Assembly: GCA_963743795.1 (NCBI GenBank)
Contig: CAVUQZ010000010.1
Span: forward strand, 308,285 to 372,284
Source: an uncultured Chloroflexia bacterium
GTDB taxonomy: Bacteria > Chloroflexota > Limnocylindria > Limnocylindrales > CSP1-4
Length of the DNA: 64,000 nt
Reading direction: 5' to 3'
Positions within the stretch are counted from its first letter, which is position 1. Each line of letters begins with the position of its first letter. Of the stretch, positions 1 to 10,605 are shown piece after piece. Position numbers and translations under genes: made by a program. The notes under the pieces were generated by a model that did not search any database, was not told the DNA's origin, and saw nothing but the letters and a program-made list of their open reading frames with translations.

Positions 1-1
1 C

Positions 2-1380
2 CTACTTGACCGTCATGCCCTGGTCTTTGGCGTACTGAACGCTCTTCGCCTGAAGGTCGTTCATGAGCGCCTCGAAGGTCATCTTGCCAGAGTGGACCTG
101 GACCAGATCCGTCGCGTAGACGTTGTAAACGTAAGAGGTGAAGGGGCTCCAACCGAACGAAGGATCGACCTGCGACATGGCGTCGGCCATGATCGTGTGG
201 AGCGCCTGTCCGCTGAAGAACGGATCCGTGCCGCCCGTCCAGGTCGGATCGGCCAGGGCCGCAACCTGGACCGGGAAGAGCTGAGCGTTGCCTCCGGTGA
301 GGGCGAGGGTGGCCTTGAGCGTCGGTGGTCAGCCAGCGGGCGAACGCGTCGGCCGCCTTCTGGTGCTGCGAGGCATTGGTGACGGCGATCGAGGATCCGC
401 CGTAAGCGCCGTCAGACTTGCCGCCAGCGGTCCACTGGGGCAGCGTGCTGATCGCCCAGTTGCCCTTGGTCGTGGGAGCGCCCTGGGTGATGGCGCTGGT
501 GCCCCACGCGCCGGCTTCCCAACAGGCGATCGTGCTCTTGTCCAACGCGGAGTTCCAGTCGTTGGACCACGTGGCTACGGGGCTCAGGCTCCCCGACTTG
601 AGAAGATCGCCCCAGAACTTGGCGACTTTCAGGGCCTCGGGCGACGTGAAGTTGATCGAGATCTGGGCGCCGTTGACGACGAACGGCTTGGCGCCCGCCT
701 GCCACAGCATGCCGAAGTACCAACCCTGGTCATCGGTGAAGTTGCTGATGTAGGACTTGGCGTCGGCCTTGTGAATCTTCGCCGCATCGGCCGCGAACTC
801 GTCCCAGGTCGCCGGGAGGGCGCTGATGCCGAACTTGGTCAGGACGGCCTTGTTGCACATCATGATCATTGGGCCGGCGTCCTGCGGATATCCATAGACG
901 CCGCTGCCCTGGGACACCTGGGACCACGTCCATGGCACGAACTTGCTCTTGGCGTCAGCCGCGCCGTAGTTGGCAAGGTTGGCCAGCTGGCCACGGGCGA
1001 TGAAGCTCGGCAGGTGCTGATACTCGATCTGAACAACATCCGGGATGCCGGTGCCGGCCTGAAGCGCGGTCTGGAGCTTGGCGTATTCGGTGTTGCCGTT
1101 GCCGTTGTTCACGTAGTTGACGAAGATGGCGCTCTGGCTGCGCGTTGAACGCATCGACTTGCTTGTTGATGTCAGGGACCCACGACCAGAACGTGATCTG
1201 CTCTGCGTTTGGCGGTGAGGTGACCGTCGTCGTCGGCACCGGGGTCGGGGTCGGCCCGGGTGCAACGGCGGTCGGCGAGGGCGTGGCGGCGCCTCCACTG
1301 CAGGCCGCCACAATGGAAAGTACGGCGAGGCCCAGAAGGCCCCGCATCACAGCGGTGTGCCGCAAGACTGGATTTGTCAT
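2..1380 (-). CDS. Sugar ABC transporter substrate-binding lipoprotein (family 1 SBP); frame interrupted by apparent 1-nt indels near nt 325 and nt 1140
   Basis: Signal peptide plus lipobox (LSIVAACSGG). N-terminal ...ITFWSWVPDINKQVDAFNA matches sugar SBPs. After nt ~1140 the +1 frame continues SQSAIFVNYVNNGNGNTEYAK. The conserved C-terminus (...TLKATLALTGGNAQLFPVQVAALADPTWTGGTDPFF...QAKSVQYAKDQGMTVK) sits in a third frame and ends at nt 2. Confidence 0.7.
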
Positions 1381-1598
1381 CCCAACCTCCTACGCGGACG
1401 TGGCGGGCGCATACAACGGCCGCCCTCGTGACGCGAGGCGATTGTCTGCGTCGAGCCTGTCCGCATTCTTGTCCTTAGCCGGGACATAGTTGATCGATTC
1501 CGGGTCGCGCCCCCCGTCTCATGCGGGCGGGACATCATCCGCGAAGGCACCTCCGGCGCCCTGAAGTCGGCCGTTCTACCCCGCGGGGCGTACCGCGA

Positions 1599-4500
1599 TC
1601 ACGCGGAACGTCCCACCCGGGCCGGTTGGGCTCGACCCCCGCGTCGGTAGGCGCGGGGCGAGATCCCGACGGCGCGATGGAACGTTCTGGTGAAGTACGA
1701 CACCCCGGAGAACCCCGTCGCCATGGCAATCTCGGTGACCATGAGGTCGGTCGTGTCGAGCAGCTCCCGCGCCTTCCTGATCCTGTACCGGTTCAGGAAG
1801 GCGATCGGGGTGATCCCCAGCTCCTGGTGGAAGCAGTCGGTCAGATAGTCCGGCGATATCGCGACCTGGCGGGCTATGTCTTCGCGCCGGATCGGCTCCG
1901 CATACCGCGCTTCGATGTAGGCGATGGCCTGCCGCACCAGACGCTGCGTCGCCGCCCCAAGGGCGGGAGGATTCGACAGGACGGCTTCGATACGTCCGGC
2001 GATCTCCTGCACCGTGAACACGCCTTTGCTGAGAATGGTGGCCACGTTGTGGTTGAGACGATCCAGATCGCTGTCGCTGACGTCGCCTCCCGTCACGACG
2101 ATCACCGGTATGTCATGGGTGGCACGGTTCGCCCGCATCGCCTCCAAGACCTGGAAGCCATCCATTTCCGGCATGACCAGGTCCAGCAGGACGAGGTCCG
2201 GGCGCGACTCCTCCATGAGCGCCATCGCCTCGCGGCCGTTGCTCGCCCGCAGAGGCTGTGCCCCGGCGTGATGGATGGCGCGCGCATACAGGTCGAGTAT
2301 CCCCGGATCGTCGTCCACGACCAAGACCGTCGGCCGGGCCGCGGGGCCGCTCGGAGCGGGCCCGAGGCGGGCCAGCTCGTCGGCCAGCTCGGCCGCCTCG
2401 AGCGGCTTGAGCAGGTGCGTCAATTCGAGGAACGCACCCAGCTCTCCGCTGGGCTCCAGACGGCACGCGAGAACCGGAATCCGCTGCAGCTCGCCGCGCC
2501 GTTTGCCGAGGCGGACGATCTCCCAGCCACGGCCCGCGGCCACCGCGCCATCGAGGATGAGGGCCGCCGGCGTCACGGGCTCGAACACGTCGGACCAGTC
2601 GGACTCGGGATCGACGTACTCCGCCCGGACCGCGAAGCCGCGCTCGCTGAGATAGTCCTCCAGCCAGCCGTCGTGCGTTTCCACTGCCTTGACCAGCAGC
2701 ACGCTCGGCCGGCCGTCACGCTCGGCGCCGCCGACGGCTTCCGCAGACACCAATGGCAAGGTGAACCAGAAGGTCGAGCCGAGGCCTGTCGCACCGGGCG
2801 ATTGCACCCCTATCGCCCCACCGTGGCGCTGCACCAGCTGGCGCGCGATCGCGAGACCGAGGCCCATGCCGCCGAGGCCCTGGCGAACCGCCTCGGGCGC
2901 TCGATGGAATTCGTCGAACACGCTTCCGAGCTCCTCGGCACGGACACCGACGCCGGTATCGGAGACCGAGACCTTCACTTCGCCGTTCGCGACCTCGGCT
3001 TCCAGGGCAACGCTGCCGGTGTCGGTGAACTTGACCGCATTGCCGAGCAGGTTGAGCACCACCTGGCGGAGCCTCGTCCGGTCGCCGAGGACCCAGGCGC
3101 CGGAGGCGGGAAGCCGGGCCCGCCACTCCAGTCCTTTCTCTCGCGCCATCTGCTCTCCTGCCAGAGTGGCGTCAAGCAGGACTTCGGAGAGGTCGAGCGG
3201 CTGCCGTACCAGGTGTAGCTGCCCCGCCTGGCTGCTCGCCAGATCCAGGACGTCGCTGATCAGGCGCCCGAGGTGCTGCGCGCTCGCCGACATCTGGTCG
3301 AGGTCTCTCTGCGCGCTGATCGACAGAACCCCGCCTTCCCGCGTATCGCGAAGGACCATGTCGCTCAAGCCGACGACCATGCTTAGCGGGGTGCGCAACT
3401 CGTGGCTCACCATAGAGAGGAACCGGCTCTTCAGCTGATTCGCCTCTTCAGCCAGACGGCGGCCTTCGAGCGCCTCCTGGTACAACTCCGTCGCCCTGAT
3501 CGCGGCGCCGAGGTTGCTGACGATGGCGGCGCTCGGCTCGAGATTGGCCGTGGACATGGCCGCGAACCCGGCTGTCGTGTCGCCGAGCCGGACGGGCAGC
3601 AGCAGGGCCTGCCACGGCTCATTGCCCGGGTAGAGACCCCTCGGTGGGAAGGACCGTGAGACGAAGGGCTCGGTGCGCTCGCGCAGACCTAAGTTGATGA
3701 GGATCTCGCTCCGGCCGACCGGGTCGTCCTCGTCTTGTCCGTTCCGGTACAGGGCCACCAGGAACTGGTCGATGCCGAGCCGCGGCAGGTGGGTCGCCAG
3801 GATCTGGGCGATCTGCACATCGTCACCTGCCGAAAGGAGCCGGGACGTCAGGAGGCCCAGCTCGCTGAGCATGTCCATGTGGGCGATGCGGGCCCGATCG
3901 GTTTCCTTCTGGACATGCTCGTCTATGTCCAGGCGAACCCGGTCGAGCAGGCCCATGAGCGTCCGTTCGTCGATCCCCTTGCCCGCGTCGATCAATGAAT
4001 CAGCGCACCCGTAGAGGGCTGAGATGGCGGCCTGCCAGACATGCGGATCCTCGCCTCGCAGGTGAGTCGCCGCCAGCAGTCGCGTGACCTCGTCGCGCAG
4101 CGGACCTGGGTCCGCCCGATCGAGGCTGTCCGAAAGACACGTCATGAAACTGCGGCATTGATCCTCGAGCTCGTCGAGCGTGCTCTGCCGGGCTTCGACG
4201 TATGCCGCCTGGGCCATCAGCGTGGAAGGGCTGGAGAGCTCGGACGGTCGCCGGTTCCTCGAGCCGCCGGCGACGACAACGTGGGGGGCGCCGCCGTCGC
4301 GTCCACACCCGCACGATTGGCGAACGATGAGGCGCGTTGGGACGACGACCGGCAGCGCCGGAGCCTTGCCCTCGATGAGGTCCAGAGTGGTCTCCACGGC
4401 GCGATAGCCGAGTGTGAACGTCGGGTGGCGCACGGTGGTCAACGAAGGGGTACTGGATCGGGCATCGAGGACGTCGTCGAACCCGATCGCCGCAACGTCC

Positions 4501-5192
4501 TCCGGAACGCGCAGGCCTGCCTCGCGCAGCGCCTCGATGGCGCCCAGGCATGAGTGGTCGTTGCTGGCGATGAACGCCGTGAATGGGGAGCCGCGCTCGA
4601 GGATACGCCGCATGGCCGCGGCGCCGAGGGTGTAGTCGTGCTCGCCATACGCAATCAGCCGGGGGTTCGGCGCGAGTCCGACTTCCTTCATCGCCCGCTG
4701 AAAGGCCCGCAACCGGTCGGCGCTGTCGCTGCCGCGGTGTTCCTTTCCGGCGACGAACGCGATCCGCCGGTGGCCGTGCTCGACCAGATGCAGAACGGCG
4801 TCGCGGATCCCATTGGAGTTGTCGACCACCACTCGCGGCCCGAATCCCTCCTCGACCGCGAAGACCACCGGCACGCCGGACTCCTGCAAGTCCGCGACGT
4901 AGCGCTTCTGCTCCGGGGACAATTCGTCGGGCAGGATGATCAGGCCATCGGTGTTCCAGGGACCGACAGGGACGAAATCGGTGTCCGGTCCCAGCGCAGG
5001 CCAGACGGCGCGGCTCTGCTGGGCATCGAATCCGGTGCTGATTCCTGCGCCGAGGAGGAGATTGCAGTGCCTGTCGCGAGCGGCCGCACAGATCCCCTGC
5101 ATCAACTCGTGACAGTACCGATGGACCGACGTGCCCCAATACACGGACCACGTCGATAGGAGCCCGATGGTTGGGAGTTTGTCTCTGGTCAT
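1599..5192 (-). CDS. Cytoplasmic hybrid one-component regulator: LacI-type periplasmic-binding-protein-like sugar-binding domain + HisKA/HATPase_c histidine kinase + degenerate receiver + canonical receiver + AraC-type HTH (~1198 aa)
   Basis: Single intact ORF; probable start MTRDKLPTIGLL at 5192; no signal peptide or TM segment. PBP1-like region (IAFVAGKEHRGSDSADRLRAFQRAM...IASNDHSCLGAIEALREAGLRVPEDVAAIGFDD). H-box SHELRTPLS. N/G1/G2 boxes (LLGNAVKFT, DTGVGV, GGMGLGLAI). Receiver TVLVVDDDPG...LVLLDLVMPEMDG. AraC HTH at the C-terminus (ISPDYLTDCFHQELGITPIAFLNRYRIRKARELL...GFSGVSYFTRTFHRAVGISPRAYRR). Confidence 0.85.
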   Translation of the reverse strand: MTRDKLPTIGLLSTWSVYWGTSVHRYCHELMQGICAAARDRHCNLLLGAGISTGFDAQQSRAVWPALGPDTDFVPVGPWNTDGLIILPDELSPEQKRYVADLQESGVPVVFAVEEGFGPRVVVDNSNGIRDAVLHLVEHGHRRIAFVAGKEHRGSDSADRLRAFQRAMKEVGLAPNPRLIAYGEHDYTLGAAAMRRILERGSPFTAFIASNDHSCLGAIEALREAGLRVPEDVAAIGFDDVLDARSSTPSLTTVRHPTFTLGYRAVETTLDLIEGKAPALPVVVPTRLIVRQSCGCGRDGGAPHVVVAGGSRNRRPSELSSPSTLMAQAAYVEARQSTLDELEDQCRSFMTCLSDSLDRADPGPLRDEVTRLLAATHLRGEDPHVWQAAISALYGCADSLIDAGKGIDERTLMGLLDRVRLDIDEHVQKETDRARIAHMDMLSELGLLTSRLLSAGDDVQIAQILATHLPRLGIDQFLVALYRNGQDEDDPVGRSEILINLGLRERTEPFVSRSFPPRGLYPGNEPWQALLLPVRLGDTTAGFAAMSTANLEPSAAIVSNLGAAIRATELYQEALEGRRLAEEANQLKSRFLSMVSHELRTPLSMVVGLSDMVLRDTREGGVLSISAQRDLDQMSASAQHLGRLISDVLDLASSQAGQLHLVRQPLDLSEVLLDATLAGEQMAREKGLEWRARLPASGAWVLGDRTRLRQVVLNLLGNAVKFTDTGSVALEAEVANGEVKVSVSDTGVGVRAEELGSVFDEFHRAPEAVRQGLGGMGLGLAIARQLVQRHGGAIGVQSPGATGLGSTFWFTLPLVSAEAVGGAERDGRPSVLLVKAVETHDGWLEDYLSERGFAVRAEYVDPESDWSDVFEPVTPAALILDGAVAAGRGWEIVRLGKRRGELQRIPVLACRLEPSGELGAFLELTHLLKPLEAAELADELARLGPAPSGPAARPTVLVVDDDPGILDLYARAIHHAGAQPLRASNGREAMALMEESRPDLVLLDLVMPEMDGFQVLEAMRANRATHDIPVIVVTGGDVSDSDLDRLNHNVATILSKGVFTVQEIAGRIEAVLSNPPALGAATQRLVRQAIAYIEARYAEPIRREDIARQVAISPDYLTDCFHQELGITPIAFLNRYRIRKARELLDTTDLMVTEIAMATGFSGVSYFTRTFHRAVGISPRAYRRGGRAQPARVGRSA

Positions 5193-5370
5193 AGCTCCGT
5201 GGCCTTGAAGATCGCGGCCCGAGGTCAGGATACACGGGCTTCTGCGGGGCAAGCGCGTGACGGGCCGCCATGCCGACAGCGCGCAACGGCGTCTGGCCCG
5301 GCTTCGTCTTGCGTGAGACGATGGGCCGCCGGCGCTAGCGACCACGACGGAAGACGATACGGAGGTAGGG

Positions 5371-6390
5371 ATGACCGCGACACGGATCGGTTTCATCGGG
5401 GCCGGGTGGATCGCCCGCGTGCACTTGCGCGTCCTGGCCGGGTTCGACGACGTCGCCGTGGTCGCGGTTTCGTCGAGGAGCCTGGAGTCGGCCGGACGGT
5501 TCGCGGAGGCGGCTGGCGCCCGCGCCTACCCGGACTATCGATCGATGTTCGAGCAGGCCGGCCTCGATGCCGTCTTCATCTGCGTTACGCCCGAGGCGCA
5601 TGATGAAGCCGAACTCGCAGCCGCGGACCGCGGGATCGCCATCTTCGTCGAGAAGCCGCTCGGTCTGGACGAAGAGGGCCCCGCCCGGGCGGCTGAACGG
5701 ATCCGGGCGACTGGCGTCCCGTCGTGCGTCGGCTACCAGTGGCGGTACCTGGACGTCGTGGATCGCGCCCGCGAGCTCCTGCAAAGCCACCCGCCCCAGC
5801 TGGTCCTGGGCTCCTGGCATGAAGGCACGCCCGGCGCGAAATGGTGGATCAGGAAGGACGTGTCGGGCGGCCAGATCGTGGAGCAGGCGACGCACATCTT
5901 CGATCTCGCTCGATACCTCGTGGGCGAAGCTGAGCCAATCGCTTCGGCAGGACGCCGGGTCGCTCGGCCGGCGTTCCCGGACAGCGACATCCTCGACGTC
6001 ACCCAGACGTCCCTGCGCTTCGCGTCGGGAGCCATAGGCTCGATCTCGACTACCTGCCTGCTCGACGGCGGACAGAAGGTCGGACTCGAAACGGTCTCCG
6101 ACGGGATGGCAATGGCGCTGGAAATACTCGATCCGAGGCTCGTCGTCCAGCTGGGCCCGGAGACGACGACCTATCGGCCCCGGTCCTCATTCGACACGCC
6201 GTATGAACGCCAGGATCGGGCGTTCATCGACGCCGTCACGGGCAAACCGAACAGGATCAGGTCGCCGTACGACGACGCCCTCCTGACGCACCGTTTGACG
6301 ATGGCCGCGTCGCGCCTGGCATTCGGTTCGCAGGCCGAAGGGATGGACGCAGAAGGCATAGCCGCCGCCGAATTGGCCGAGCTTGCCGGT
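5371..6390 (+). CDS. Gfo/Idh/MocA family NAD(P)-dependent oxidoreductase; 3' end uncertain (ORF reads through to 6957 over the converging amidohydrolase)
   Basis: N-terminal Rossmann motif RIGFIGAGWIARVHL and EKPL motif (IFVEKPLGL) typical of Gfo/Idh/MocA. Family length is ~330-380 aa, so the 528-aa ORF is probably read-through or a lost stop. GGAGG RBS before the ATG at 5371. Confidence 0.65.
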
Positions 6391-6395
6391 GTTCG

Positions 6396-7598
6396 TCAGG
6401 CGGACCAGGCGACGTGCCAGACCCGCCAGAGCGCGGTCGGGTCGGACAGCGGGTCACCGTGCACCAGGCTGAAGTCGGCCGGACCGCCATCGCGGATTCC
6501 TCCCGCTTCGGGTTCACCTAGCAGCTCGCCGCCCCGCCATGTCGCCGAGCCCAGCGCCTCCCAAGGCTCGAATCCCGCCTCGACGAGACTCTCGACCTCC
6601 CAGGCCAGCTGGTTGGCCCGCGTCGAGCCGCCTCCGAAGTCGGTGCCGGTCGCGACCGCCACGCCGGCGGAATGGGCCAGGCGGACGCTCTCCTGCGCCC
6701 TAGCTTGTCGGTCGAGGATCCTCTTCCGGCCCTCGGGGGAGACGAACCGGTCGATGGTCGTGGTGGTCGCGAAGCTCCGCCATGACCGGAAGACCGCAAG
6801 CGTCGAAACGAGAGCCGTGCCCCGGCCGGCCATCGCGGCAGCGATCTCGGCGTCCAGCTCGAAACCATGCTCGAGCGCATCGACGCCCGCGGCCACTCCT
6901 TCGCGCGCGCCCGCCAGGTTTCCGGAATGGGCCGTCACCTTCGCGCCCCTGGCATGAGCAGCCGTCACCACCGGCGCGAGCTCGCTGCGTGTCCATGGCG
7001 CGACCCCGGGCTCCGGCCCATCCAGGTAGAGCTTCAAGAGGTCCGCGCCGTCGTCGAGCTGGCCCATCGCCAGCCTCAGCAGCTCGTCCGCGGACTCCGC
7101 CTCCACGGAGCGCTCACCCGGCATGGTCCCGGCGCGATCCAGCCACGTACCGGCGGCCCGAACGTGCGGCAGATTCGACCGGCCGCGCCACCGGTCTCGG
7201 ACGCCGAGGCTCAGGGCCCGCATGCGGCCATCGATCGGGTCCGCCACCCTGGGCGCACCGACGTCGCGAGCCCACCTGACTCCGGCGCTGGTCATGAGCC
7301 GGCCGTTGCGATCGGCCACGGCCAGCAGCCGCTCGGGCGGATCGTCGATCCGGGCGATCCAGTGGGCACCGCCTGGAAGCGTGAGGTGGCTGTGGCAGTC
7401 GATCATGCCGGGCACGATCGTGGACCCGCTCGCGTCCACGACGGTCGCTCCGGCCGCCCTTGGCGGTAGCGGACCTTCGTCGTCGCTGGGCCGGATCCAG
7501 GCGATGACTTCATCGACGACCAGAATGCTGACCCCCCGGCGGAGCCGGTCCGAGCGGCCATCCGCAAGCGCGCCGTCCCGGTAGACCGTAGCCGTCAC
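6396..7598 (-). CDS. Amidohydrolase family protein (metal-dependent hydrolase)
   Basis: MIDCHSHL metal-binding motif, HSGNLAG, ATGTDFGGG; 400 aa intact. Confidence 0.8.
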   Translation of the reverse strand: MTATVYRDGALADGRSDRLRRGVSILVVDEVIAWIRPSDDEGPLPPRAAGATVVDASGSTIVPGMIDCHSHLTLPGGAHWIARIDDPPERLLAVADRNGRLMTSAGVRWARDVGAPRVADPIDGRMRALSLGVRDRWRGRSNLPHVRAAGTWLDRAGTMPGERSVEAESADELLRLAMGQLDDGADLLKLYLDGPEPGVAPWTRSELAPVVTAAHARGAKVTAHSGNLAGAREGVAAGVDALEHGFELDAEIAAAMAGRGTALVSTLAVFRSWRSFATTTTIDRFVSPEGRKRILDRQARAQESVRLAHSAGVAVATGTDFGGGSTRANQLAWEVESLVEAGFEPWEALGSATWRGGELLGEPEAGGIRDGGPADFSLVHGDPLSDPTALWRVWHVAWSA

Positions 7599-7900
7599 CG
7601 TGCCATGCCCCGGCTTTCCAGTGCCGTGGGACTCGCCGACCGGCGGCGCTCCCAGAGCGCTCTAGCCCGCTGCCGTTCGATCGTCCGGTCGTGCGGCGGG
7701 CTGGTGGCGACGAGCCCGTCGAGGAGCCGCTGGGTCGCCGCGGTGACGGCCTCCACGGCGCGATCGAAGGCCGCTTCGTTCACGCGGGCCGGCCGCGTCA
7801 TGCCGCTGACCTTGCGGACGTACTGAAGGGCTGCGGCGTGGACCTCCTCGGCGCTCGTTGGCGGCTGGTAGTTGTGGAGTGGTTGGATCGATCGACACAT
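7595..7900 (-). CDS. DUF2277 family protein
   Basis: MCRSIQPLHNYQPPTSAEEVHAAALQYVRKVSG resembles the conserved DUF2277 N-terminus. 4-nt overlap with the upstream amidohydrolase. Confidence 0.55.
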   Translation of the reverse strand: MCRSIQPLHNYQPPTSAEEVHAAALQYVRKVSGMTRPARVNEAAFDRAVEAVTAATQRLLDGLVATSPPHDRTIERQRARALWERRRSASPTALESRGMAR

Positions 7901-7939
7901 CCTGGAACCCCTTGAGTCAACTGCGTGTCCTGGGTCGGA

Positions 7940-8341
7940 TTATCCCCCGCTGCCACCGCCGAGCCGATTGTCAAGCCCTTCGATCGTAGCCTCGACCAGC
8001 GGGCTATGCGCGACCATCTGATCCAGGTCGGTCCGGTTCCAGGCTCGGGCGACGTGGGCCAGGATCTCCCGGCGCTCGGCCTCATCGGTGACCACACGAG
8101 CCGTGGCACGCAGGTCCGCCCTCACCTCGCGCTTGAGGTGGAACGTGAAGTCCGGATGGGCCTCGAGATTGGCCAGCCAGCTGCGCCTCCGTTCAGGGTT
8201 CGGCCTGCCGCTGATGTAGATCCGCCCGTCGATCACGTGATAGACGATCTCGATGCGGCGCGGCCGGCCGGTGCGACGGCCCGTGGTGGTGATATCGATG
8301 ACGCCGCCTCGCGCCAGCGCCAGGCGGATCGTCTCGTCCAC
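7940..8341 (-). CDS. Nitroreductase-family deazaflavin (F420)-dependent oxidoreductase (PNPOx-like split barrel, DUF385 type)
   Basis: VIDITTTGRRTGRPRRIEIVYHVIDGRIYISGRP and ...REVRADLRATARVVTDEAERREILAHVARAW are typical of the actinobacterial F420-dependent nitroreductase family. Confidence 0.75.
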   Translation of the reverse strand: MDETIRLALARGGVIDITTTGRRTGRPRRIEIVYHVIDGRIYISGRPNPERRRSWLANLEAHPDFTFHLKREVRADLRATARVVTDEAERREILAHVARAWNRTDLDQMVAHSPLVEATIEGLDNRLGGGSGG

Positions 8342-8367
8342 AAGAAGATGCCCCGGCCGATGGCGGT

Positions 8368-9961
8368 TCAGCCGACCGCCGCGCCCGCGGTCGGGGCATC
8401 GGACGAGGCCACCCCCAGCTCGGCCAGCAGCGAGGCCAGCGCCCGACGGTGCTCCTGCGTCCCGAAGTCATGGAGCGGGTGGCCGGGGAGGGCGTGCTCT
8501 TCCGTTCGGCCCGAGCTGCGGACGTAGATCACCGGATAGATGGCGCCCTCGGCGTTGGCCTCGATCGTCGCCGCGACCGCGTCCGATCCGCCGGCGTCCA
8601 GGAAGTGGGCCAGCGGCAGGATCCCATCGTCCGCGATGCCGCGATCCCGGTCGAAGGTGACGACTCGCGCGAGGTAGGCCCGCTGATGCCACAGCTCCGG
8701 GGCCCGGCTGATCTCGTCGAGAAGGAAGGGCAGAACCTCGCTTTCGGCCAGCTTCCGACGCTCCCGGGCCACGCCGAAGTGCTTCTCGGCGATGTGCCCT
8801 GCGAGAAGGCGGGCGTTGTAGCGGGCCCCGTGCACCGCGCCGGAGTTGGCCGGCAGGCCGTGCTTCTTGAGACCGGCCGAGCCCTGGCTGATCGTGCCGG
8901 CGAAGTAGATCCCGGGGACGGTGGCGCTCTCCCAGAATGGGGTCTGAGCGGGCAGGCGGCTGGCTCCGAAGGTTGCGACCCCAAGCGCCGGCAGGTCTCG
9001 CAGAGGCGCCACGAACCCGGTCGCCGCGATGGCCTCGTCGACCTCCAGGGCGACCGGGTCCCCGCCGGCCGATGGCTTGACGGTCACGCGCAAGACCTGG
9101 CCTTCGCCGGTTGGCTCGATACCCACGATCGACGCCTCCAGTACGGCGACCCCCCCGGCCAGGACGTGGTCCTCGTACGGCTGGAGGTACCGCGCCCGAA
9201 TCCCGACCAGTGAGCGGGTGACGACCGAGAGCTTCGCAGGACTCGGAGACGCCAGGACGATGGCTCGGGCCCAGGGCAGCAACCCGCTGGCAAGCTCGAA
9301 CCCGGAGTTCTGCTTGCCGACGATGAAGATCCGCTTGCCGGCGTACGTTTCCGCCGGTCGCGTGTCAACGTAGTGCGGGACGCGGTCGAGGCCTGGAGTG
9401 GGCGGCACGAACGGCTCGGCGACGCCGACCGCGAAAACGGCCACCCGGCAGCGATACTCGCCGTCGGATGTCTCGAGGACGAAGCGGTCGCCTTCGGCGG
9501 TCGATTCTCGTCTGGTCGCCATCCAGTGGCAGTCATAGCGGACCGCGATTCCGGTGCGCTCCGCGAATGTGCCCAGGTTGAGCTCCATCTCGGCCCGCGA
9601 CGGGAAGTAGGACGTGCCGTCCATCAGGCCCGGCCTGGAGGGCCCGGCTCTGGGGCTCCTCGGCAAGCAGGCTGTTCCAGTCGTACCTCTCGTAAGCTCT
9701 CGTGCCGCGCTCGGCCGGGGCGTAGGGCTTGGTCCAGCTCAGGAGACGCTGGAAGAACGGGAAGCGCAGGAACATCCCGCCCGGCGTCGCATCGGCCGAA
9801 AGCACGGCGTGGTTCACGCCAAGACGGCGCAACGTGTAGCTGAGCTGCAGCCCGCCCGGGCCGCTGCCGACCACGACCAGCGGATACTCGCCCGGGGGGA
9901 ATGGTCGCGTGTCGCGGACTTTAGCCGCAGATATGGCCGCCACGTCGTCAGCCGCGGGCAC
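8368..9961 (-). CDS. FAD/NAD(P)-binding oxidoreductase (flavin monooxygenase / pyridine nucleotide-disulfide oxidoreductase-like); frame interrupted near nt 9650
   Basis: N-terminal piece in ORF 9533..9961 with dinucleotide motif VVVGSGPGGLQLS. The remainder is in ORF 8368..9666 with a second Rossmann motif (RIFIVGKQNSGFELA). The two pieces join across one frameshift. Confidence 0.7.
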
Positions 9962-10377
9962 GGGTCGTGTTCCGGAGGCGCCTCGTCTGATCGAGCAGCA
10001 TCCGGTACATCACCGCAGGGTGAGCCAGCAGGAAGTCGTGCAGGGCCGGTCCGGCAAGGTGCAGACAGCGCATGGGAATGGATGGCGACAACGTCGGCCG
10101 ACGGCAGCTCGCCGAGCAGGACCGAGACCTCGCCAAAGAAGTCGCCACGGCCGAGGACCGCCACGTCGCGTCCCGAGGCGCGTATTGCCACCTCGCCCTC
10201 CAGGATCACGTAGAACCCGGAGCCCGTCAGCCCCTGGCGCAGAATCCGGTCCCCTTCGCCAAACCACGCCTCCTCGAACTCGTGAGCGACTGCCTCGAGC
10301 TGGGGACGCGGGAGGTCGGCGAACAACGCAAGCCCCGCCAGCTCGTCCGTCAGCTCCATCACCTGCGCCATCGACAT
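9948..10377 (-). CDS. Standalone cyclic-nucleotide-binding (cNMP/CAP-effector) domain protein; frameshift near nt 10110
   Basis: LFADLPRPQLEAVAHEFEEAWFGEGDRILRQGLTGSGFYVILEGEVAI...LGRGDFFGEVSVL is a cNMP-binding fold. The C-terminal helix (...HDFLLAHPAVMYRMLLDQTRRLR) lies in the adjacent frame (ORF 9948..10148). Confidence 0.65.
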
Positions 10378-10605
10378 ACCTCCGGGATTCGGTTCGCCGG
10401 CGCGCAATCGCCGCGCGATCATTCGCGAGCCAATGGTGTTCCGACGGACCGCGTCCTGGCCGATTCGCCCGCATTTCGTTCCCGTTTTCGGCGCCTCTCC
10501 GCGCCTGGCGCGACGATCGCGACACGCGTTGACACCTCACGGGGGCCCGATAGCATGCCGGTCACCCCGGACTCGACCCGGGGCCTGCATTGGAGGCCAG
10601 CGCGT

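Noticed and set aside
288-1148. 286-aa plus-strand ORF
   Set aside because: Antisense to the frameshifted sugar SBP gene. Gly/Arg/Ala-rich with no motifs.
1521-3218. 565-aa plus-strand ORF
   Set aside because: It is antisense to the intact hybrid regulator gene, with no motifs and an Arg/Pro-rich translation. A GC-rich antisense artifact.
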